A DNA stretch of 64,000 nucleotides from positions 45,756,001 to 45,820,000 of the forward strand of contig OZ024744.1 of the NCBI GenBank assembly GCA_964016885.1, given 5' to 3'. A program made the position numbers and the translations under genes. The stretch is from Eledone cirrhosa. Lineage: Eukaryota. Each line of letters opens with the position of its first letter. The stretch's first letter is position 1. This document shows, in pieces, positions 53,869 through 64,000 of the stretch. Below the pieces are notes generated by a model that did no database searches, had not been told where the DNA came from, and saw only the letters and a list, made by a program, of their open reading frames with translations.

Positions 53869-55399
53869 TATATATATATAGCGAGAGAATACATGAAACA
53901 AAGTTCTGTTTAAATCATTTATCTGCTTACAATTGTTTCTTCCAAACCGAGGTTTGGAGTCTTCGGAGCAATTATTCAGTGATTTTTAACATACTTGACC
54001 TCCTTTTCAACACAAGAGACATATAGAAACACATGTATATATTGACCCACAGTGGGTTGGCATCCATTATAATAATATAGCATGGTAATTTACATACAAA
54101 TATTACAGTCATATTAAAGGACAAAATTAAAATTAAAATAAAATAAAACATAGGCAGTCCACTAAGATAAAGCAAAAGGAAAGTTTGGAGTAGCCAGTGT
54201 ATGCAACAGTCACACGTGTGGCATGCATGCGTGTCCTATTTATACAAGATTATAGTGCGGCAGATTGTTACAAGTAAAACAAGCAGTCAAAGCAGGCAAG
54301 AGCATCATGGGGGTGAACTGGTTAAGCATTATTTACACACACCTGTACGATATAGAAGCCCGTGTGTGGAGAAACACCAAAAATATCAAAAATATTACAA
54401 ATGAGAAGCAAAACAGCACCACTGTCCTCGTACACACCACCACTCTCACAATCCAGGAAACGCAATTTATAGACTACATGCACATCTCACAATCCACGAT
54501 GATTCAACATTGGGTGCCTGGTGAACTATGCTAGAACATCACAGCTTGTCGTTCTTTAATTCGACTCATAGATCAGGTTGTTTTTGTTGTGAGAGATGAC
54601 ATCGTATTATATTCCGGAAGTGTGTGTGTGGGATTAAGGGGAGTTAATGCGTAAGGGGAGGTAACTAGCTGATTTCTATAGTTTAATTTATTATCCTAAA
54701 GTACATTAATGGTGTCTCAAATGAGTTCTCATCATATAAGGTTATAAACAATTTCTAAATTTAAGTATCTTATCTATAAATTACAGTGTAGTCTATCGAG
54801 AAGTACTAAAGGTGTTCATATTAGGATGAATACCTTTTATCATAGAGTGCCCCCACCGAACATTCCACATGAAGAGTCAGATCTCCAAATCAGTGATCTC
54901 TGTAAGTGTAGTCCACCCGCAGGACCTGGCAGGGTCTTATTAGAATCACTTCTATATATGACTCCTGGTAAGTTCTGGGTCATTGCATCACTGATTGCAT
55001 GGCAAAGTTAAATATCATTAGGGTAGTCCAGAGATCAATTCTGACTCACAAAGACACTGATCTGACCATCAAGTCATACATGTATTTATAACTCATACAT
55101 CACCTGTACATAATTCATTGCACTCAGCATATAGATTATATAGCTCTTTTATGTTAATAAATTAATTACATAATCTTCCATTTATCCAATGATGGCACTA
55201 CATACACAGGACAATGCTAGCACAACCAATTCCTTGCTTAAAGTTTACATTGGTGTAATGTAGTCCAAGCAATTGAAGGCCAATATACCAAAAGTAGAAG
55301 TACATGGGGATATCTCCAAGGTAAAAGTTACTAGGAGGGTGTCACTATTTGCGCTAAAGAGGATTAATGGGTGTGGAGATGATGTGTAAGGTGTGAGGT

Positions 55400-56000
55400 A
55401 AATATGGTTTTGATGATAGTTTTTTTACATCGTATAAAAAATATTTCAATGTATTAAATTTTAAAACATTTAAAAAATATATTGTACATACGCAACTTAC
55501 ACAGACCATGGTGTAGTGGGTTCTATAAATTATAAACATTGTGAAATGTTCTGGAGAATCGAAGCAAACAAGAATTAAATATTTCCTTCTTTTTTTTGTT
55601 AATAATATTACCAAGATTGGTAATTATATGAAAGATTTCTTCAATACAGACATGACAAATTCGTGAGAGAGCCATATTTTGGTAAACCCCCGCATTCGAC
55701 ATTTTTCTCCAAGAGATTGAATAGTCAGTGTTATTGTCTTTTAAAGACAAAATTAATTGTGATAGTGAGATTGAGAATTTTTATCCGATCGTTTGTAAGT
55801 ATGTTTAAAATTACACCAACGCTCCTTAAATTTTGAAGAAGTTGCTCCTATATAATTATCCCTAGTTTTTATGGTGCATTTATAGACTAAATTTCTATCA
55901 AGGCAATTATTCTGTAAAGGGCATAAGATGTTATTTCTGCAATTACATTTCCTTATATTGTTATTTGAAGATACCGTATTATTATTCATGTATTCGCTAT
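55400..56000 (-). pseudogene. Penelope GIY-YIG fragment (same type as D and E)
   Basis: CNCRNNILCPLQNNCL, LVYKC, YIGAT, CHVC. Confidence 0.8.
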
Positions 56001-56586
56001 TATTATTATTCGTAATGTTATTTATTATATTGTTATTGTTATTTGGGTTTACTTAGGTTGGGTTTAATTTTAAATTCCTATTAATAATTCTAGCAATATT
56101 CTGGGCTATATTCATAGTATTCATATACATATACACACATATATATATACATACATATACATATATATACATATGTATATATATGTATATATATATGTGT
56201 ATATGTATATGAATACTATGAATGGTTTTACAGTTTCTAGCCAGCTCCATACTCGTACTGCTAGAAATAACAGCCGTTTACAATGAAAATAGCTCAAAGA
56301 AAAAACTATTTCTGAGCCGTGTAATACATGTAAATATAAATTTACATGTATTACACGGCTCAGAAATATTTTTTCTTTGAGCTATTTTCATTGTAAAGGA
56401 ATGCTTGAGTTCTGAACTCAATACACTTAATATAATTGCTCCTTAGGTTGAGCTGATAGTAGCCCCATATATACGGCTGTTATTTCTAGCAGTACGAGTA
56501 TGGAGCTGGCTAGAAACTGTAAAACCATGTGCGTTAAACAGTCTTTTAAAATATTTTGAAGTGAAGTATATCCATTTGTTCTGGGT

Positions 56587-56662
56587 GTTTACTGAAGAGA
56601 GCTGGACAAGATATCCTTACACTTATTTATCTCGAAACAGATTTGGATTTTAAAGTTTAAAC
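56587..56662 (+). ncRNA. Hammerhead-like motif in a pLTR fragment
   Basis: GTTTA-CTGAAGA-GAG...CTC-GAAAC...GTT-TAAAC. Confidence 0.55.
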
Positions 56663-56965
56663 TTATCTACGGAACAGGTTTGATTTTGAAATTTAAATTT
56701 GTCTAAACACCATGGCCATTTGCCAATACTGTCTGTTTTTGTTGATTTATTATTTTAAATCGATATAGGCAAGCTGTAATATTATAATTAGTATATTTCA
56801 TTCTAGCTAACTTAATTTCTTTTACAATATAAACACAGATATGTTGGTATTTGTGTTTCATCATATATATTAATTTATATTTACATGTATTACACGGGTC
56901 AGAAATATTTTTTCTTTGAGCTATTTTCATTGTAAAGGAATGCTTGAGTTCTGAACTCAATACAC

Positions 56966-57021
<56 letters not shown>

Positions 57022-57540
57022 CAGCGAGATTCGTATTTCGGCTATGGTCGAAAATAAAGCGAAATTCAATATCCGAGTTATGCTGGCAAGCGCTCCATAG
57101 ACCAAATAAAGACCAGAGCAATAAACATAGGTTATAAAGGCCAAACAAACTGAGATGGCGGTCATGAAGCCATCAACCAGCTAAGCCAAAAAGACGAGGC
57201 AAGCCAAACAGGTCTAACAAAATAATTGAAATATTTACCCGGACCCTTGGAAAAGATGGTAAAATCCAGTACAGAGTTTCGTGGGACACCTAAATCAATT
57301 ATACTGCCTGTTTAAAATAATAAGCTTTTAGTATAATGATCGAACAAGACTGTCACTCCTTCAACAGGTATTTTGTTCTACGCCAGCGTTCATAATCACA
57401 CAGTGGTATGTAGTGGTAAAACCACGTGTGTAACTCTTCAAGGAAGAAAGCCCCAGATGTTGGCAGATGAATTCAGTAAGTGTAAAATATGTCTCTTGTG
57501 TTGAAAAAGAGGTCAAGTATGTTAAAAATCACTGAATAAT

Positions 57541-57587
57541 TGCTCCGAAGAACCCAAACCTCGGTTTGGAAGAAACAATTGTAAGCA
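57541..57587 (+). ncRNA. Hammerhead with U4C core (CCGAAGA); second copy 53924-53970 minus
   Basis: TGCT-CCGAAGA-..CCAAACC(TC)GGTTTGG..-GAA-ACAATTGT-A-AGCA. Confidence 0.7.
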
Positions 57588-58108
57588 GATAAATGATTTA
57601 AATAGAACTTTGTTTCATGTATTCTCTATATAACTGCTCTGTAAAACAACTGATGTTGTTACATTGAGCTATTTATCTTACTGGTAATAAGATAGTAATA
57701 AATTACTGTCTTTCACTCTTTAGGGTATAATATATATATAACTATAAAAGGTTTTAGTATATACATAACCATAAATAGTATCCTTAATACTATATATATA
57801 TATATTTAGTTATGTTCTAAACAACATAAGATAATTATTTCATTTACCAGTGGTTTCTTGAAAGCAAACAGAATTTGCTTTCAGTCATCAAATTGAAAAA
57901 ATCCTGGTGTATTTATTGACAGTGGATATTAAAAGCAAAAATATAATATATATGAAAGTGAGGCTGGAAAAGGAAGAAGGAAAGGAAAAAAAATATAAAA
58001 GTAGATAAACACACACAGACACACGCACCCACATGTACATACACACACACATATATATATATATATACATACACACATATATACACATAGATATATATAT
58101 ATAGATAT

Positions 58109-58277
<169 letters not shown>

Positions 58278-60179
58278 TATATATATATATATATATATAT
58301 ATAGCCATACATACACATACACATTAATACACAAACACACATATATATATATATATATAATGTAGGAGGTGAGTTTTATTATACCTCAATAAAGCAATGC
58401 AAATATCGGATAAGTAGCACTCAACAGTTTATTGGACTGGAGTATATATAAGAAGAAAAGTGGGGAAGTAAAACATGTAAAAATTGTTAAGATATAAAGT
58501 AAGTGAATCAAAAAGCAGGGGGAGTGGGGTCACTAGTGGATGTGAAGTGAAAATAAAAATAGAAATAAAAATAAATCTGCAAGAGAAGTCTGTAAAGAAG
58601 GTAAGTTAAGGAAAGTGCAGATGTTTAGACACTACCTTGCCAATAAGTGTTTTTTTAAGCTTCATATCATGTCTCCCTATTTTATCTGATGAGAACGCAA
58701 ATATCGTCCCTGGATGATATTTTTTTTTTGAAATGCGCATAATACAATACATGGGACATTTTTAACCATCTTTTAATTTCTTCTTATATATATATATACA
58801 CACACACACATATATATATACACACATTCATACACACACATGCATACACACATATATACACGCATACATACGCACACATATATAGATATATATACACACC
58901 TACATACGCACACACAATTAGTTATAATAAAAAATAAAAAACCATGAACAACCATATAATGCAATAGGCCGTCATATACGAATAAAAAAATATAAAATAA
59001 GACTGAAGAAAATAAAAATTATTATTAAGTTGACAGCGATACAGGAAAGGACACAAATAAATAAACAAACGTGGTAAGCAATATACACATATATACACAT
59101 ACATGCATATAAATATATACATACACACACACATATACATATATATATAAATGAAATATATATAAATATATATATATATATTTATTAAAATAACAGATTA
59201 AAGTTTAAGCAAAGAATCGCTGCTTTCACCCTTAACGGGATCTTCTGAAACTAACAAAGTCAATCTGTAAACGCACAACTGGATATTTCAAAAAACGTTG
59301 CAACCGGAGGAAGACAGGAAGACGATACTTTGGTTCGTGGTAACGTTCGCTGGCAAAGAACGGGAAAAAAACGAATAATACGTCATTAATAGGAGCGGTG
59401 AAAAACAATTACGCGCAAAGACAAAACCACGTTTATGGTATAAAAGAGGTCGTAGACTAATGTTCTCTTAGGTGGTGCATAGAGACGTTCTCTGGCAATA
59501 AACGAAAAAACGAAGATAATAAGTCATATGTGGAGCGTGGAGAACAATAGCACGCAAAGACAAAACCACGTAAATGGTATAGCAGAAATCGTAGACTAAA
59601 ATTCTAACTAGGAGACCAAATGAATCTCCGCTACAGAGTTAAGAACAAAGTAAATAAATACAATACAGAAGTAATAGGAACAAATAAATACATACACGCA
59701 AACAGATACGTACATACACAAGCATACGCAAAACCTTACCATGGGTATACAAAACCACGCATATATAAATATGTGTGTGTGTATGCTTGTGTACAAATAA
59801 ATAAGTAATTATATAAACGTATATAAGTAAATAAATACGTATATAAGAAGCGCACACGCATACCTACATATAAATACACGAATGTTCGGAGACGTAAGTC
59901 AACTAAAACAAGAAGTACACATATACACACACCCACTATACGTACGAACCTTCACACTCACGCGGACGCAAAACTCCCGTATACATATAGCCAAACCCTA
60001 AATACCAGAATATGTAAAAATTATACGCTATAACAGTCAAATATACATACGAGAAGGTATACATACCTTCAGAAAACATACGGGTAATATATACTTACCT
60101 ATGCAAATACGTAAAGGAATAAACAAAACATATACTTAGCTCCCACATCAAGACGTAAAATATCCACGTATAGATCGTG

Positions 60180-62309
60180 CTATCCGTTAGGGTATAACGT
60201 GGGGCTGTAATACAGGAAAGTTTTGTGCAATTTATGTTTACAAGCCGAAATTGCCTCAGATTTTTTGTTTAAGATGTGGTCTGTAGCGTAGAGTATTTCC
60301 AAAGCCTCAGCGGCGCAGAGGTCACATGGTCTTTTATTTCCGTTATACGATCTAGCCCTAGCTAGGATCTCCCAGTGTAATTTATATTGGGTGTGGTTGT
60401 CTTTTAGAATCCAGATTTAAGCTGAAAGTGACGTCATATTCCTTCTTAGAGGGTAACGAAAAGAATGGGTATGCATGTAAAGACGCTGCTTGAAACTATT
60501 TGCGGTTAACCCTATGTAGGCCCTACGGGACGTGGGTGTTACAACCTTACATTTGTAGACAATGTTACTAGAGAGGCATTTCCCGGATAGGGGGCAATCA
60601 GCCCGATTCCTACAATTACAGTTAGTACTACCTACAGGGTTGCACGTGTTCCTACGGCTAGGTAGTTTAGCTAAATTTGAAGCTGTGATGTTATGTGCAA
60701 GGTTAGGAGTCGTAGAGTAAGAAATTTTAATAGTATTTCTATTAAAAATTTTACTATATTTATGTGTAGGGGGAAAATGCTTCGTAATAAGGGAAAGAAA
60801 GATCTTAGCTAATGGTGTGGCCACCTCCATATTATATGGTGGGTTAAACCAACAAATGCGACGGGATCTATTTCTTCTAGGTCTATTTTCGTACACTGTA
60901 TATGCTACCTTATCGACAAATCCACTTCGAGCAAGAGCTTCATTGTAATAAGTGGAATGGTCGTTGAAAATGCGCTCGTTGGTGGAAAGACGGGAAAGCC
61001 TCAACGAAACGTTTCTTACCAGGTTCTTGGTTATGCTGGCAGGATGGTTGGAATGCTTACTTATGTAATTAAGCGTATCATTCGGCTTTCTATACGGGTA
61101 ATACAACCCATTCAATAAATTGAGGGTAACGTCGAGGTAATTAACGACCGAGAGATTGGCCTCAACCTGTATAGAGAGGTTGAAGCCTTTAAAGAAGGCT
61201 GTGAGTTCTTTTCTGAACCTGTCGCAAGCACGAGGTCCGCACTTAGTCATGGTCAAAAGACCATCGTCACGGTACAAACCACCGCCCGCGTTGGGGAATT
61301 CGTCCTTGATAGAGAAAAGAAGGAAAAGGCCAATAAGATCAGTAACCTCCGCAGAGTCACTGGCGCCCATACTCACGTCGAATGGGGTACTATTGGATTT
61401 TTTAATCCAAATAGAGTCGTCGAAATTAATCACCGACTTTCGGGCATTAAGGCTGACATCAACTTCAAAATCCTTAACCACTGTGAGTGTTTTAGCGAAA
61501 TTGATAGCTCTAAGGAGAAGTGGTAAAGTGATGGAGGAGTAGTAATTGTTGATGTCGAATTGGATAAAACGGCAATGTTCCTTGTTACATATGCAGTTGA
61601 ACCAATCAATCACCGCGAAAGAATTGTTCCACAGTGCGAGAGGGGCCAAACTTCTAATTTCAGGTATAATTCTATCAAGAATCGTTTTACTAAGTCTACC
61701 TAAATCGGACTTCGTAGGGTTAATAAGCCGAATAGAGGGGTTGTTCGGAAAATCGGATTTGTGATCCTTCAGGGTAAAGTGGGGAGAGATAGGGTCCAGA
61801 GGTTCGGTCCGGTCCAGGATGTTGAGATCAGATGTGATTTTAAACCCAGCATCGTTGATTTCATTGATGACGCACCGATTAGTTTTACGGTAATCCTTAG
61901 TTACAGCATTATGTAGTAGTTGATGGTAAGTACTGCACTCCACTTGATATAGGTTGCCAGTTTTGTCGGAATGGACGTGCACGGCGTTAGAATCCTTAAT
62001 AGAACGAATTCTATTCTTCAGGTCTTGCTGGAAGTAATTGCTCCTATTCCGAAATTTGATATTCCGAATGAGTTCCAAGACATCATTTTCGAAGGGTAGC
62101 AATGCTGGGTTCCACGGAGGGTTATTATAAGTTTTAAATCCAAATTTATCCTGTTTGTTGTCTGCTTTTCGCGGATTATCGAAATAAAAGGCACGCCAAC
62201 GCAACCTTTTAATGAACGCGTCTGTTTTCTGTATCAGGAGTTTTAAGTATGTTTTCCTGCTTGGTACGGGTATGTTCTTTGTAGAAATATTCAGATGTTG
62301 TTTCTGCAT
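60180..62309 (-). pseudogene. PLE E RT-GIY-YIG ORF, 709 codons with a single internal TAA (60417-60419)
   Basis: SDKTGNLY, LKDHK, RLINP, FDINNYYSSI, YRDDGL, CNC..CPL..C, YIGLT; frame continues IWILK..CDLC..CKHK to TAG at 60180. Confidence 0.93.
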
Positions 62310-63035
62310 GATGAATATAAGTCAGTAGAGTGCTCAACCGAAGGAGCCAAATAGTAATAATAATAAAATTGAAGACTAAAATTCAAAGAGGGCTCGATAA
62401 GGAAAATATATATCAAATATATAAGAACCGTAGAGCAAATATTTATTAAAATAACAGATTAAAGTTTAAGCAAAGAATCGCTGCTTTCACCCTTAACGGG
62501 ATCTTCTGAAACTAACAAAGTCAATCTGTAAACGCAGATACGTACATACACAAGCATACGCAAAACCTTACCATGTACGTATCTGTTTGCGTGTATGTAT
62601 TTATTTGTTCCTATTACTTCTGTATTGTATTTATTTACTTTGTTCTTAACTCTGTAGCGGAGATTCATTTGGTCTCCTAGTTAGAATTTTAGTCTACGAT
62701 TTCTGCTATACCATTTACGTGGTTTTGTCTTTGCGTGCTATTGTTCTCCACGCTCCACATATGACTTATTATCTTCGTTTTTTCGTTCATTGCCAGAGAA
62801 CGTCTCTATGCACCACCTAAGAGAACATTAGTCTACGACCTCTTTTATACCATAAACGTGGTTTTGTCTTTGCGCGTAATTGTTTTTCACCGCTCCTATT
62901 AATGACGTATTATTCGTTTTTTTCCCGTTCTTTGCCAGCGAACGTTACCACGAACCAAAGTATCGTCTCCCTGTCTTCCTCCGGTTGCAACGTTTTTTGA
63001 AATATCCAGTTCTGCGTTTACAGATTGACTTTGTT

Positions 63036-63086
63036 AGTTTCAGAAGATCCCGTTAAGGGTGAAAGCAGCGATTATTTGCTTAAACT
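63036..63086 (+). ncRNA. Hammerhead-like motif with U4A core (CAGAAGA); copies at 59202-59252 and 62463-62513 (minus) and 27738-27788
   Basis: AGTTT-CAGAAGA-TCCC(GTTAA)GGGT-GAAAGCA..TGCTT-AAACT. Confidence 0.65.
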
Positions 63087-63195
63087 TTAATCTGTTATTT
63101 TAATAAATATTTGCTCTACGGTTCTTATATATTTGATATATATTTTCCTTATCGAGCCCTCTTTGGATTTTAGTCTTCAATTTTATTATTATTAC

Positions 63196-63254
<59 letters not shown>

Positions 63255-63398
63255 AGAAAAAATTTACGAAATTTTTTCTCCATATTTTCTCCGGATTTTA
63301 AAACACACTTTATTATACGTTGAGCAATCTCTGACGTCAGTTGACTCCATCCAATGCAACTACTTAGTAACATTGGAATACAAATTATCTAATTCTAT

Positions 63399-63430
<32 letters not shown>

Positions 63431-63642
63431 GTATATTTGTGTGCATATGAGTTAAGACTCTATTGGTTTTTTCCCTGAATTTCACAAAATGTGTCGCTAA
63501 AATCTCTGTCTTGATATTTTTTTAATTGAGTTTGAATTATTTACCCATATCTTACGTTAATTATTTTCCATTTTGACGTTATAGTCACTTATATATTATG
63601 AAATACTGTTGGCTTCTTGCTCACATTAATTTTTCTATTTTC

Positions 63643-63708
<66 letters not shown>

Positions 63709-64000
63709 ATATAAAAAATACATAAATATTATATATATATATATATATATATAAATAAAAAGGTGGAAGGGGTAAACAAATAGTTGGGAATACGACGAAT
63801 AATAAATAAATAATTAAATAGATAAAGGCATAAATGTTTATAGCTGATTTAGAGCACTCAACAAGTTCCTGGAGCAAATAATCAATGGAAATAAACATTA
63901 AATCACTCTGTATGTAATTATACAAATATATATATATATATATATATGAAAAAGTATGACCCCGACGGCAGAGCTCAACCCGTTTCGACGGCTATTATAT

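Larger units (their letters stand above)
53885..57627 (-). mobile_element. Highly decayed PLE (possibly Naiad-like RT at ~54700-55260) bounded by inverted pLTRs, with nested insertions
   Basis: 53885-54030 is inverted relative to 57485-57627; broken minus-strand motifs FKQGIG, YE..KYM, DYPNDI, LYDKR, LHCN. Confidence 0.45.
59181..63198 (-). mobile_element. Full-length Penelope-like element E (tentatively Nematis-like) with direct and inverted pLTRs, in (TA)n
   Basis: 59181-59275 is repeated at 62442-62535; 62575-63198 is an inverted pLTR. Confidence 0.93.

Noticed and set aside
60417-60419. Internal stop in PLE E as possible selenocysteine recoding
   Set aside because: The codon is TAA, not TGA, and is not at a Cys position; the same holds for 49581-49583 and 45836-45838

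Overview
AT-rich eukaryotic (animal) DNA made almost entirely of nested transposable elements and microsatellites. I can support no host protein-coding gene, rRNA, tRNA or CRISPR array. The tRNA-derived SINE resembles octopod SINEs, so an octopod cephalopod is my inference for the source. Contents: (1) a CsRn1-like Gypsy element with a GGGAAAC gag/pol slippery site, plus a separate LTR with a tRNA-Trp PBS; (2) non-autonomous Helitrons; (3) a ~7.5 kb Helentron/Helitron2-type rolling-circle element whose Rep(HUH)-PIF1 protein ends in a USP (peptidase C19) deubiquitinase domain instead of an AP endonuclease, with two 5'UTR introns and a CCAAT/YY1 promoter (top finding); (4) a Tigger/pogo transposon; (5) three R4/Dong-like RLE retrotransposons in a (CATA)n array; (6) Hero-, CRE-, RTE- and L1/Tx1-like fragments; (7) many Penelope-like elements (PLEs) with inverted pseudo-LTRs next to (TA)n, carrying more than a dozen hammerhead ribozyme motifs, several with family-conserved non-canonical cores. 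All calls come from manual motif reading. Clade names are tentative and some boundaries are approximate.
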